Shown here one piece after another: positions 24,965 to 37,390 of a stretch of 64,000 nt of DNA. Both the position numbers and the translations under genes were made by a program. The DNA comes from Octopus vulgaris (taxonomy: Eukaryota). Below the pieces are notes generated by a model. That model was not told where the DNA came from. It was given only the letters and a program-made list of their open reading frames with translations, and did not search any database. The stretch covers positions 37,262,001-37,326,000 of the forward strand of contig OX597824.1 in NCBI GenBank assembly GCA_951406725.2. Reading direction: 5' to 3'. Every line of letters starts with the position of its first letter. Positions within the stretch are counted from its first letter, which is position 1.

Positions 24965-25588
24965 CAGGGTGTTCAGAAAGTCTGTCCGCAGGAAATTTTT
25001 TTCATCCTGCGCATGCGCAACTTGGCTATCACTGCGTGGACGGTCGGGTATCAGCCATTGTCCCTCAGTCATTGTGTACCTTCAGCGTGTCGACATGCTA
25101 ACCATCGAAGAACGTATGTTTTTAGTTGAATGGGTGTTTCGAGCTGGAAACAAATACACAGATACTGTGAAACAAGTTCAGTGAAACTTTTCCAAATACC
25201 GTTGTTCCACATCGTTACACTGTGCGGGATTTGAAGAGAAAATTTAGAAAGTACAGGCTCAGTGGAAGACGCAGCAAGAAGCGGTAAACCTACTGTTCTT
25301 TCAGACGAAACACTCTCCAATATTTCTGATAAACTGTTGGCAAGCCTACCAAAGTCCTTACGCAAATTGTCACAGGAAACGGAAATCCGTCTAGGAAGTG
25401 CTCACACGATAATAAAAAAGAAATTAAATTTTATGCATTGAAAATGAAGTATGATACTTTCAACACCTCTTATAATATTTTTTTAAGTCTTGTAAAGTCT
25501 AATATATTCTTTTGTAGTCATATAGCATCTTATAAATATTTACTTTGCAATAGAATACTTACTGCGGAGAGACTTATTGAACACCTTG
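24965..25588 (+). mobile_element. Internally deleted Tc1/mariner-superfamily element (DUF4817-type N-terminus)
   Basis: TIRs CAGGGTGTTCAGAAAGTCTGTCCGCAG and CTGCGGAGAGACTTATTGAACACCTTG; TA on both sides; MLTIEERMFLVE..RSGKPT remnants. Confidence 0.85.
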
Positions 25589-26089
25589 TAGCTTAAAAAC
25601 TGCACTCGGTGCCGACTTTTCATCTAGCTCCTGCGGAAGGCTAATTTGGCCTGCGGCCCAAAACTAAAAGAGACTAAATAGCATGATTATAATACGTTTA
25701 TAATGACTATATGCCCCGGTGGTATTTGATCAGAGGTTAAGGATGACGAAAATTAATTCTTTAATGCAATCATTCTATTGTTCCATTCTCAAGTTGAATT
25801 CCAACTGTTGGCCAATTTGTTCCAAAGTTCTTATCTCGACGTAAAATTAACGAAGCGAATTTCATTTATCTCCCCTTTGATCTCTGACATCATCTGACAA
25901 ACGCCAACCAATATAGCGTGAATCAGCCAAGCTTTACCTGTTAGAAATAGCAACCCAGATGCTTTTAAATCAGATCGCAATGTTGTATGTTCAAGAACTA
26001 AATGAAGGTCAGATTTTCGACCCCAGGATCATCCTGATTCCAAAACGTTATAATATGTCTATGTAGAGCAAATGTAGACTGAGATTCTA

Positions 26090-26133
26090 GGGTCTCGGAC
26101 GGACAGACAGAATTTCGCGTTTATTAATATAGA
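26090..26133 (-). mobile_element. Helitron 5' end fragment
   Basis: Reverse complement reads A|TCTATATTAATAAACGCGAAATTCTGTCTGTCCGTCC. Confidence 0.45.
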
Positions 26134-26519
26134 TGCTGAATTTTTCCAAGCTCAAGTCATGTCTTTACAAAATAAATACTTACCTTTATGAATATCTTAC
26201 AGAAACCGTGGGTGACGAGTGGTGAACTAGCGATACTTTCTCAGCTTCGCTTTTGATCTCAAGTTGACTCCATAAATTGACTCTGCCATTCTCTGATTAC
26301 TGCACTACCTTGTTCTTCTTGTAAGGCACAAACATCGGATGTAAAAATTTACTAACTACATTGGAATTTCTCTCCTGAAGAAAGAACAACTTCCAATGAG
26401 ACTCAGTTGAGATTCGCACTCTAGCGTTCGTTTTTGTTTCTTGGTCTGCCTCTTGTCGTTTGCCAGTCTATTTTGTCACAGATGTTTCGGGCACCAGAAT
26501 TCTTGTCCGTTTCCAGATC

Positions 26520-26850
26520 GATCCCAAAATATAATGAGACCGTGCCAGTCACAAAACCAAACATCCCTGAAACTTTCATCCGAATCCATCCAGCGGTTCT
26601 TGAGATATCTTGTTCGCGGACAAACAAACAAACACGACTGAAGAAGACTACCACCGCCTTCACGTAGGCAGAGATATTGTTTTTCAGTCGTGGTTGTTTG
26701 TTTGTTTGTCTGTCCGTTAACAAGATATCTCAAGAACCGCTGGGTGGATCCGGATGAAACTTTCAAGGACATTTGACCTCTTGACTGGCACGAACTACTT
26801 AAATTTTGGAATCAATCCGGTACCGAACTAGGATTCTGGATTATTTTTCC
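26520..26850. mobile_element. Helentron/HINE-like element present as a diverged inverted pair
   Basis: TTTCATCCGAATCCATCCAGCGGTTCTTGAGATATCTTGTT..(CAAA)n mirrors (GTTT)n..AACAAGATATCTCAAGAACCGCTGGGTGGATCCGGATGAAA; family assignment tentative. Confidence 0.55.
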
Positions 26851-27165
26851 GACTTTTTTTTACTTTACATGTATATGTAAAGTTGCACATAGTTCTCTTG
26901 TACGCACACACACATACACACATATACTCACACATTTTCAGCGTTGAACATTACCATCCCATTTCCATTGTACGCACACGCGTGCGCCGACGCAAACATA
27001 CCTCTCGTTTATGCACACATATATTCACACTTCAAACGCCGTTTATCGGCTTTTTCTCATCTTCCTTCGTTATTCATATATCAACTCTGCCCTTCTCATT
27101 CATACGATGCTCCCTTTGCCATTTATCTCCTCTACCTTCACCTCTCACTCTGGCTCTATTATATA

Positions 27166-27682
27166 CTAGCAGTATCGCCCGGCGTTGCTCGGGTTTGTAA
27201 GGGAAATAACTATATAAGCATTTTTAGAGAGTTACTTCCTTTATAGATGCCAATTCGGGCTTTCTTAGCCATTTCTCTTTTGGTGTCTTCAAGCCATGAA
27301 GTCGTTGTTCTAAAAGAACGCTGGTCTCCTTGACAACGCATTACGACGTTGATTTCCTTAAACTCCCTTCCCCACAGCTTCACGAGGGAGAGAAGAAGGG
27401 GGAGAAGCAAACACAGGTGCAGGTGTTTGAGCGTGGACGCCAACTCCGCCGCCATCGACACACGAAAAATTATGCATTAAAATGGAATAAAAAATTATGT
27501 TAAATTATTTTTAAAATCGTAGACTCATCGTAGACGCGCACTAATACTCAGACGGGCTCGATATGAATCACGACTATAAGATACCCGAATTTGGTTAAAC
27601 TGCACCGCAAAATGTGGGAGGAGTTAGGAATCTAAATCGTAGGAGACAGACACTCACACAACTACAGTTTTATATATATAGA
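27166..27682 (-). mobile_element. Complete non-autonomous Helitron
   Basis: Minus strand reads A|TCTATATATATAAAACTG ... CCCGAGCAACGCCGGG hairpin, CGATACTG, CTAG|T. Confidence 0.88.
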
Positions 27683-27694
27683 TATATATATGTT

Positions 27695-28055
27695 AGTTAA
27701 TTTTTTGGCTCAAAAAGCAAAGAGCAAAAAGCCATGTAGGGGGACATGGAGTTATGTACAGGGAGGGTGTTCATGCAAAGAGTTCAGGCCATTTGTGGTC
27801 AAGGGAGACTTTGAACCGAGCGGTCGTCGGCATCTTCACTATCTCGTCCGGCAGCTTATTCCACGGATCTGCAACCCGGACGGAGAAAGCCCCTCTCCTT
27901 CGATTGAGATGAAATCGTCGCAGATAGAGCTTTTCAGAGTGACCCCGCAGCCGACGCTCTGGAGCAGGAGTGAAGAACAGTTCTTTCGAGAGGTTACACT
28001 TTCCGCTTATGATGTTGTGAGCAAGAATGAGATCACCACGGCGTCGTCGTTTTTC
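27695..28055 (-). mobile_element. CR1/L2-type LINE 3' end
   Basis: Minus strand RRGAFSVRVADPWNKLPDEIVK followed by a short UTR. Confidence 0.8.
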
Positions 28056-28059
28056 TAGA

Positions 28060-28400
28060 GAATAAACATAAAATGGAACAAGAACGTAACAGGAGACAAC
28101 AAAACATCCGGACAGTTAGACGATACAAAAAAGGACAGGAAAAAAAACAAGGACGGGTCATTCGGAGTTTTCTATCTTCGGTCGAGTTCCAGATTTTCTC
28201 AGCAGTTTCGACCGGTTACACTCGAGACTGCTCCAGTCTAGCCGGCCCCCAAAAAATCTAAGCTAAGAGCACTAGATTCATTGGGAGAAAGCAAGCGAAT
28301 GTATACGAAAACAAGGACGAAAAAAATAGGAATAAATATTGCACGGATGACAGTTGAACCAAGAAAGAAAGGTCAGGCTTGGCGGAACACCGGTCACGTG
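28060..28400 (-). mobile_element. Penelope-like terminal-repeat remnant with degenerate hammerhead-like fold
   Basis: Minus strand GGCCGG...CCGGTC-GAAAC stem followed by GAAA; upstream CUGAnGA is not preserved. Confidence 0.3.
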
Positions 28401-28719
28401 GAAAGAGAGGAGAGAGGTAGGGGCAGATGGATAGAAGAATTAGGGAGGGACGAGAAAGAAAGAAAGAAAAGAAAAGGGACAGAGTGAGGTAAAAGATGAG
28501 GGAAGGTAAGAATGAAGGGAAGGCCAAGAAATGTGAGAGTGGGGGAAAAGAAAAGTGGAAAGAACGAAGTAAGTGTGAAGGGGCTGAAAGAAAGAAAAAG
28601 AGAGTCGTACAGAATTTATATACATACATGTGTGTGGGGGGGCGTGTGTGAGTGGGGGTGTGAGTGTGTGTACTTACATATAAGAGACCAAAAGTGTACA
28701 TACGCCGCTATATGTATAT

Positions 28720-31255
28720 ATAAAAAAGAAAACAAAAAATGGAAGAAGTCCGTAACAGGGGTGGACGATGATAGAGATGTGGCCCTCCTGATACAGGAAC
28801 TCCTCTAGGAATTATCGAGGAACCTCACTGTCCAAGATTTCCCTGAAACCCCTGGAGCAAGTGCCCTCTCCAATTCCTTTTCTCTAACTCACAGGTCTAA
28901 ACTTAGAAAGGTACCATACACTCTTGCCATTTTCGCAACTTTCACCCACCTTTCAGTAAACTCACTCGAGGACAGCACTTCCCTCTCCACTCTCAATTTC
29001 CTTTTCAAGTGAAACTTGTAAAAGTCAATGAGAGCTCTACAAAGAGGAATGTATCTGTACTCGTGCCTTTCAGCTTTGTCCACCAAATAACCTCTTTCGC
29101 TACAGCCACCAGGCAAACGAAAACTGCCTTGTCTGCCCGATTGAAGGAGGGCGGCGGTGCAATCATCACTACAGACTTGACCGACAGACAGATCGGTCCC
29201 ACACGTAACAGCAGCTGTTCGACATAAACCCACAAGTCAGCAATGCCCGGACACTGACTGAATGCATGTAGTACGATTTCGTCACTCTGTGAGCACCTCG
29301 GACAAGTCCGTGTGACAGCACATCCGTGCCTGTAGAATTTATCTCGAACCGGTAGCACCCCACCTCCGGTGACACTGCTAGGCCAAGGACATCTGGAAAT
29401 TACCCACGATAGTTCCCGACCGGAAAATCCTCCTGAACAGACTAGCCAGTTCTTTCTCGTCGGCGCCAAGGGTCTCCCTGAGAACGTCGTTGCACTTCCC
29501 CGCCACTAATCCTCCATAAATTTCTAAAGCGGAACATCCGCCAATCCCATTGCCCAACTGGTAGGGGGTTGTGAGCACCTGACAACATTCTAGGGACCAG
29601 ATACCCAGTCTCGGTCTTTTTTTAACCCAGGACTGTAGCTCCATCAGGGAGACGAGCTGCGAAAATACGAGCCTCACAAATGGAGCTCACCGTCCAGAAA
29701 TCGTTGCATGTGGCGTAACCTAAGCGCGTGTCTGCTCATACCTAATCCGCCACTCAGAGGATCTGGCAACAGACTGACCGCCTGACCATTGGAACACGTC
29801 CCTTCCACAAGAACTTAAATAAGAGAGGCTCCAACCTGGTCAAACAGTAAACGGGACAAGGCACGACGGTCAGGCGGTAAATTGTGAGCCGCCTCTGCCC
29901 GATCTTTCAGAGACAGCTTTCTTTCAGCCCATTTCTGAGTGAGACTAGTCACCCTGTTCGCCACCTCATCCCAGTTCTTATCAACCTGGAGGTCGGGACC
30001 AAACCAGATCCCGAGCACTTTAACTGGTCTGTCGGTCCAGCGTCCGACGACGCCATCCGATGGCATCGTCCTGCTTCTCCTGGAGCCCAACCGCAAATCA
30101 ACTGATTTGTCGGCGTTGATTTTAGTCCCTGCAACTGACTCATATTCCTTTAGGATGATGCTGACCGTCTCCACTTCGGAGGAGTCCGAAACCATAACGG
30201 TGACATCGTTCCCGTGTGTTGACACTGCCCTTCCTTGTCCCAGTTTGAAAGGTATGCCTCTTAGCTGTTCCAACTTCCGCAACAGTGGTTCGAGTGTCAA
30301 TACGTATAGAAGAGATGACAGCGGGCTGCCCTGACAGACCGAGCGTGCAATACCGAACGGCTCCGATTGGTAGCCGTTTACTTTGACCACTGAACAGGTG
30401 CCGCTGTACATTGCATTGATCCAGCCTCTGAAAACGGGTCCGAAACCGCCTGCTCTCAGGCCGGCTTCCAAGTAGCGATGGGCAACCCTACCGAATGCTT
30501 TTGATTGGTCCAAATTGATCAGAGCATCCTGAAGCCAGCTGTGATCCCAGCCCTCTCTATGATGTATCGTATAAAGTGAAGGTTGTCGTGGATAGACCTG
30601 CTCGGGACTGCTCACGGTTGCGCTTCTCCGACCAGGCTACCAACGACAAGCACCAACCTTTTCGCTGACACCTTGGCCAAGATCTTAAACTCTTTGTTTA
30701 GCAGAGTTATGAGCCGAAAATTCTCCAGTACGTCCCTATTGTCGGCATCCATCCTCAGCAGTATCCCCACAACTCTGCTAACAACACTAGGAATTCTCCC
30801 GTTATGTTGCTAGTTGCAGTAGACGCCTGCCAAAAGGTCGCAAAACAAATCTGGCATGAATACATAGAATTAGCGGGGCAGGCCATCCAAAACTGGTGAT
30901 CTCTGACTTGTGCAATCGCTCATCGTCTCCCAAATTTCAGTGGCTGTTATCGGCCTTTCACATAACCACGCATCAGCTGCCGAGAGCCGCGACAAGCCGT
31001 CCAGGTACGAACTAAAGTCCAGTACCGTCGTCGACACATCGCCCTCTCCAAATAGCCGCGCGAAGTGCTGCTGAAAAGCCGCACACATCTGCTCGGAGTC
31101 GCGCAGTACGCGCCCATCCCGTTCCGCCAAAGACCTGATCGTGGTTTTGTTTCCACGTCGCGTCTCCACCGTTCGAGCCCATCGGACAGCTTTAGTTCCT
31201 TCCTGTTTGAACGCTTTGAAGAAATGATCAAGGGTGATTCTCGCCAATAACATAT
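28720..31255 (-). mobile_element. Decayed Tx1/L1-clade LINE ORF2 (RT and CCHC) with 3' UTR
   Basis: SPVLDGLP, LINLDQSKAFGRVAH, VCQGSPLSSLLYVLTLEPLL, VKVLGIWFG and CPRC..EIVLHAFSQCP. Confidence 0.92.
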
Positions 31256-31259
31256 CGGT

Positions 31260-32720
31260 CGCAATGCCCTTTTTAATCGCACTCGGGTTCTTGTGATAGT
31301 TGTTTCTTTTCGTGTACTTGTTTCTGTTTTGGTGCTTTTTGTAGTTGTGGTTGTGGTTGAATGAGTGTTCATTGCTTTTGTTCTTGGGATTTGGGTGAGT
31401 GTGTCGATGTTGTTAGTGTAGCTAATGGATTAGATGAATTTTCCTCATCATGTCTTATCACTTTCAGCCTAGGACGACCTTTTTGGAACTATTCTTTCGC
31501 TTTTCCCTAATACAAGTTCTTGAGGTAAGTTCCTTCCTCGTCGCATGATAAGACTTCTGAATTGCTCGTGTCGGGAGTATATGGTGTATCTATGTCGCCC
31601 GCCTGTAGGGATGGTCAGGCGTTGTAAGGGATGCTGCAGTTCCTACAGTTGTTGGTACCATTGACTTATTATATTGAATGTTATCGATAATACCAAGTGG
31701 AAATAAGGGATGCTGCTGTTCCTATACACGAGTCGCCACTGGTGAGGAACCTCACTTCCACAGAACCATATTGTCTCCCTCGTGTGAGGAAATAAATGGA
31801 TCTTTACTTTTTGACCTACAGATTTAAAAAATAATTTTTTGTAACTAAACACTTTGTAACTCCGTATACTGGTAGAATGTGTCATATAAAACACTTTTTA
31901 CTCTTAGCATTTTTGAGAAAAGTTTATGTTTACAAAGTTAATTTGTGTTAAAGTTCTCGTATTTCTGTAATTTCAACCAATCAATGACGTGTATTCAGCT
32001 GAATATAATTACTGCTGTTGTTTGTCAACAAGAACTTCCGGCGATGTATATTTCGTTTGTCACTGTTATTTATTACAACCCTGACTCTAAAACCCTAAAA
32101 CCATAACCCTATGTCCTTCAAGCATTTTTCTACTTGGAAGTGTGACGCATTGATGATTTTCCTCGTCTTTAGCGACACACATATATATACGATGGTCCTT
32201 CTGGCCGTCCATCAAATTTGAAGGGATAGCAAGCTTGGTTTTCCTATCCCCTCTACTGAAGAGATTTTCTGCTTCACTCAGATACGCATGTTTTCCTTTC
32301 GGGGAGATTTGCTCCTGCAAAGGAGTTGTTTTTATCGTTACTGTTAATTATATCGTTTCTGCTGCTGGTATTGTTCCTATCGTTGTTGGTGTTGGTCGGA
32401 GTCAAAGCGACGCTGTTGTTTGTGGTGATGTTCATATAGTTGACCTCAGTAGCCAAGCTATTTGCTAACGAGGGGAAATCATTTATATCGTAGCTCTCCC
32501 GTCAAAGTTGTTATTGTTGTTGTTGTTCGCAGTGGTAGTGGCAGAGGTGATGATGGCGGCGATGTCGGAGCTGTTGTTGTTGTTGCTTGTGATTGGGATG
32601 GTCATCCTGTTTTGCCTGCTTGCTTGTCTAGCAGTCACGCCAACAGGCGAAGAACTGTCATCCCTCTCTCATTTTTGTAGCATGACATTCCTCTGTCTCT
32701 CCCCCTCTCTCATCGACCAC
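31260..32720 (-). mobile_element. Possible LINE ORF1/5' region, interrupted by a MITE
   Basis: Low-complexity Asn/Thr-rich broken ORFs lie directly 5' of the Tx1 ORF2 on the same strand; no diagnostic motif. Confidence 0.3.
31798..32110 (+). mobile_element. Truncated copy of the GGATC-terminal MITE family
   Basis: GGATCTTT..AACTAAACACTTT..CGTATACTGGTAGAATGTG..TTTCAACCAATCAATGACGT shared with copies at 34566 and 36341. Confidence 0.8.
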
Positions 32721-32739
32721 TGAAATTCCCGCGAAACTA

Positions 32740-33930
32740 TTTGTTGCTGCCACTAAGCAAAATCTACAAAACTATCACAATTGGACTGGCAAAATATCTT
32801 GAAACATCTTGTTCGTTGAAAACTATGATTGACGTAAGAAGCTTCATTCTGTTATGAAGGAGAGCAAAACATTTTCAAGCGAGTTAATGCATAATACTCA
32901 GGTCGAAAAGCATGAGGGAAGTGTGGTAACTGTAGTTGCAAAGAAGGTGAAACTAATAGCAAAGCAAAACGCGCTTAAACGATTGGCTGATAGGTGGGAA
33001 CAAAAACTTCTGCTTGGTAAATGTGTGACCCGTAGCAAACAAGCTGATGTAGACCAGAAGCACGTCCATCAGTGGCTACGGAGCTCAAGGCTAAAGGCAG
33101 AGAGTGAAGGCTTTAACATGGCTGCCCAAGATCAGAGCTTATTGACCCGGAACTATCAAGCCAATGTGATGAAAAACTCTGTAGACCCAAAGTGCCGATA
33201 TTACAACGATGGGTTAGAAACAGTCGACCACCTAATCTCTGGATGTAAAGTTTTAGCACCTGTAGAGTACAAATCAAGACATGACAGAGTTGGCCAATAT
33301 TTACGTTGGATAATGAGTTAGCATTATAAAATCAAAACTGCTGACAAATGGTACGAGCACCAGCCTGAAGCTGTAACAGAGAGAAAATGTAACTATTCTT
33401 TGGGACTTCCCAGTATGTACAGATCGGACCATCAAGGCAAATAAACCAGATATTGGTGTGAAAGACCAAAACAATAAAGTGTTTATTGATTGACATGAGC
33501 ATACTCTGTGACCATAATATCTAGGCAAAATAATTTGATAACATCAGAAAATATAAAGATCTGCTAATCAAAATCGAAAAGATGTGGCGTCTCTAGTCGG
33601 TTACAATACCAGGAACTGAAAATTATTTAAGACTGATCCCTGGCTTACCATCCATGCAGGAAGTGCAAAGTATTGTCTTAACTTATTGAGAATAGCATTG
33701 TCGTTGTAAATTTTCTTTCCTCCCCACCCTTTATTTTATTTGTTTACTTTTCTATATTTTTAAATTTTTTCCTCTTTTTCTCTGTCTTCCCCTCTTTCTC
33801 TGTAAATGAACAATCTGGTCTGCTTGTTTTAATAGCCTACCAATGTATACAGTACGTTTCTCTGCCCTAGGTGCCAGGAAGACACTCGGCAAGAAATGGA
33901 AACAGAATTGAAAGAAGATGCTAATGAAAA
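32740..33930 (+). mobile_element. R4/Dong-type LINE 3' fragment (CCHC and restriction-like endonuclease)
   Basis: AAQDQSLLTRNY..KCRY..ETVDHLISGC..RHDRV and LWDFPVCTDRTIKANKPDI; ends at a (TGA)/(TAA)n run, consistent with Dong-type targeting. Confidence 0.9.
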
Positions 33931-33969
33931 TAATGATGATGATGATGTTGATAATAATAATAATAATAA

Positions 33970-34520
33970 TCCTTTCTACTATAAGCACGAGGCCTGAAAT
34001 TTTCAGGGGAAGGGACTAGTCGATTACATTGACCCTGGTGCTCGACTGTTACTTATTTAATCGACCCCCGTGGAATTTGAACTCAAAATGTAAAGACGGA
34101 CGAAATACCTATTTCTTTACTAACAACAAGGGGCTAAACACAGAGAGGACAGACAAACGGATTAAGTCGATTATATCGACCGCAGTGCATAACTGGTACT
34201 TATTTAATCGACCCCGAAAGGATGAAAGGCAGAGTCGACCTTGGCGGAATCTGAACTCAGAATGTAGCGGCAGACAAAATACCTATTTCTTTACTACCCA
34301 TAAGGGGCTAAACACAGAGAGGACAAACGAGGACAGACAAACGGATTAAGTCGATTATATTGGCCCCAGTGCGTAACTGGTACTTAATTTATCGACCCCG
34401 AAAGGATGAAAGACAAAGTCGACCTCGGCGGAATTTGAATTCAGAACGTAGCGGCAGACGAAATACCGATTAGAATTTCGCCTGGCGTGCTAACGAATCT
34501 GCCGGCTCACTGCTTTTAAT
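33970..34520 (-). mobile_element. Composite SINE family A with partially triplicated body
   Basis: Repeated AATACCTATTTCTTTACTA..GGGGCTAAACACAGAGAGGACA and CCCCGAAAGGATGAAAG. Confidence 0.88.
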
Positions 34521-34565
34521 AAAAACTTCAGTTGCGCTATTAAATCATGTGTTTCAGGTCTTTTG

Positions 34566-34982
34566 GGATCTTTTCGGTTTGACCGGCAGTTTTTTAAAAA
34601 TAATTTCCACGTAACTAAACACTTTTAAACTTCGTATACTGGTAGAATGTGTTTATTAAATATCTTTTTTCTCTTGGCTTTATTGAGAAAATTCTATAGT
34701 TTGTAAGATATTTGTTGTTTTTTTCTTCAATTTCTGCAATTTCAACCAATCAATGACGTCTATTGAGGTGAAAACATTCTGTGCCGTATGAATGTCCCTC
34801 GTTTAAGAAACAGTTTGGGTTTATTTACATTTGTGAAGAAAAAAAGATACCCTTCCCCCACCACTAACTTTAACCCTAACCCTAAAACATTGAAATACAA
34901 TAGATCGATACTAGTGTCATAATTATGGGTGACAATTTCATATGACACCGCTAGAAAAACTGCCGTTCAAACCGAAAGATCC
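34566..34982 (+). mobile_element. Complete MITE with GGATC termini and exact 8-bp TSD (Merlin- or MULE-like)
   Basis: TSD GTCTTTTG at 34558-34565 and 34983-34990; TIRs GGATCTTTTCGGTTTGACCGGCAGTTTTT and AAAAACTGCCGTTCAAACCGAAAGATCC. Confidence 0.9.
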
Positions 34983-36340
34983 GTCTTTTGTAAGTCACCG
35001 AATGCAGTTGTATTCATCTACGAGGATTTCAAAAGCATCAGCTTCTGCTAAACATCGAAACATTCAACATTTATTTCTAAGTTCGTACTGTTGTATTTCT
35101 TGCCAAAGAGTCCATCAAATTTGCCCGTCTGTGTGGTGACACAGGAAAAAAAAAAGGTGTACAAACTTTGTATGAACAGATATTTAACAGCTCCAACACA
35201 GCTTAAAGTTACTGAGTGAGCAATACAGGAAAAGAAGTCTACTGCTGGGTTTTTATTCTAATCTATTTCAAGCTTTCATACCGGTGTATATTCCTTCAGT
35301 CTTTAAAATGAATACCTTTTTCCTAATAGATATACTAGATATAACCAGCACTTAAGCCTTAAGAAATGAGCCAATCACTAGGAAGTTAAAAGACTTTCCA
35401 GCGGTTTCTCAAAAACATTTCGCACAATGATTGTTATCTGGCCAGCATGACTCAGTGTTGCAACTACACAAATTGATATGTACTTGGCAGTTTAAAGTTC
35501 TGTCGCAGTATAATTCTTAACATATTTTACCATCATCAGAATAAAATCCTTCGTAGATGGTTGATAACTTTTTACTTCAGCTAAATTTTTTAAGGGGAAC
35601 CACAAAAAATGAATACAATTGTAGAACAAGTAATTCCTAAATAAATTCCATTATGCCTGGATCCTAATCTTAATGATATAAACTTGCATTATTATTATTT
35701 TTTTTCTTGAAGACGGAAATTTCATTTTTCTTTTTGTCAGGAAGATTTGGTTGCTCTTTCTAGCAACTCGAGCGACCAGGTACTAATCTTAAATTCCAGG
35801 CCGTTCTCAGTTAGAAACACTGCTACGACTATAACAATACTTCAGTCATAAATACTTGTTTTCTTGTACTTATTTTTCCGAATTCTTGTCACGAGAAGAT
35901 TCCTTCAATGGAAGATTGAATTTCAGTACAAAATTTTGTCGATTTGGCTTTGTTCACGAGTTGTCGTTTTTCCCCACCGCACCCTCCATCATTAAGTGAA
36001 AATACTTGTCACGTCGGCTGGACATCAAAGTACAAAGTGAGCAATAAACGAGCTGGACTGAAAACACATTCTTAAATACTGCTCATCTGCTACTTCTTAT
36101 ATGTATGAATATATTGTATTGATTGATTATAGAGTTGTGTGCATGTGTATCTGAAAGAGAGAAAGTGAGAGAGTGCGAGGGAGACAGGCAGAGAAAGAGA
36201 GGGAGACGTTTAAACAACACTAGCTACTGTTTTGTCAGAGGTGAGAACAGGTCGAATTATGATCAAAGGGCAATAACCAATTGGTCTTTTCAGCTCACAT
36301 AGTTCAACGTTATATTTCTTTTAAAGGACAGTGGAGTATG

Positions 36341-37390
36341 GGATCTTTTCACTCTGATCGACAGATTTTTTAATTAGTTTTTTTTTAACTAAACACTTTG
36401 AAACTTCGGATACTGGTAGAACGTGTCACATAGAACAGGGTTTACTCTTAACGTTTTTGACAAAATTTTGTATTTTAGAAGTTATTTCGTGTTAAAGTTG
36501 TCGTAATTGGGTAATTTTAACCAATCAATGACGTGTATTCAGCTGAAGAAAATTACTGTTGCTATTTGCAAGCAACTTCCTAATCCACTCCCCTAACAAA
36601 ACCCTTCTATAATAACCAGAGATGTTTTTATAGCAACATAGGTTTGAAACTAAATAACAACAAAATTATTACTGAGACAGACCAATGACGGAGCCTGTAT
36701 GTGGTTGCATGACCTGCTAGAAAAAGTAGCCAAAATTTTTTAATATACAGAATAGAAAAACCTCTATCCTGTGATATACACGTAGAGTCCATTATGTCTG
36801 AGTAGAAAGACGGAATGGTCACGGTTAGGACGTCTTTGATCATATCTGTTCAATCAGATCCAACTCGGGACTAAACAACAAGTGATGAAGGGAACGAGGC
36901 GAGACGAAAGAGCCTTTACCTGGTCGCTCAAGTTGCTAGAAAGAGCAACCAAATCTTCCTGACAAAAATAAAAATAAAATTTACGTCTTCAAGAAAATTT
37001 AAAAAAATAATGCAAGTTCATATCATTTTATAAGGGAATCCCAATATCTGGAATATGGATAATTCCTATCTTTTATTCTTTCAACTTTTCTTTAACTTTA
37101 GCTGCTTCATCATTCAGTGAAGAATATTGTTTTAACCACAGGATAGCTCTGATTGTAATGGATCTGTGAGAAAAGGCGTTCCAGCCATGACCATTTTGTC
37201 TTATTCTTTTCTAGAAGTAATGAATTCCTAAGCGAACATTATAAAATAATATAAACTTGCATTATTGTCAAAAACGTTAAGAGTAAACACTGTTCTGTGT
37301 GACACATTCTACCAGTATCCGAAGTTTTAAAGTGTTTCGCTAAAAAAAATAATTAATTAAAAAAATTTGTCGGTCAGATTGAAAAGATCC
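36341..37390. mobile_element. Double-headed derivative of the same MITE family with ~125-bp inverted ends and 8-bp TSD
   Basis: TSD GGAGTATG at 36333-36340 and 37391-37398; 36341-36463 is approximately the reverse complement of 37265-37390. Confidence 0.88.
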
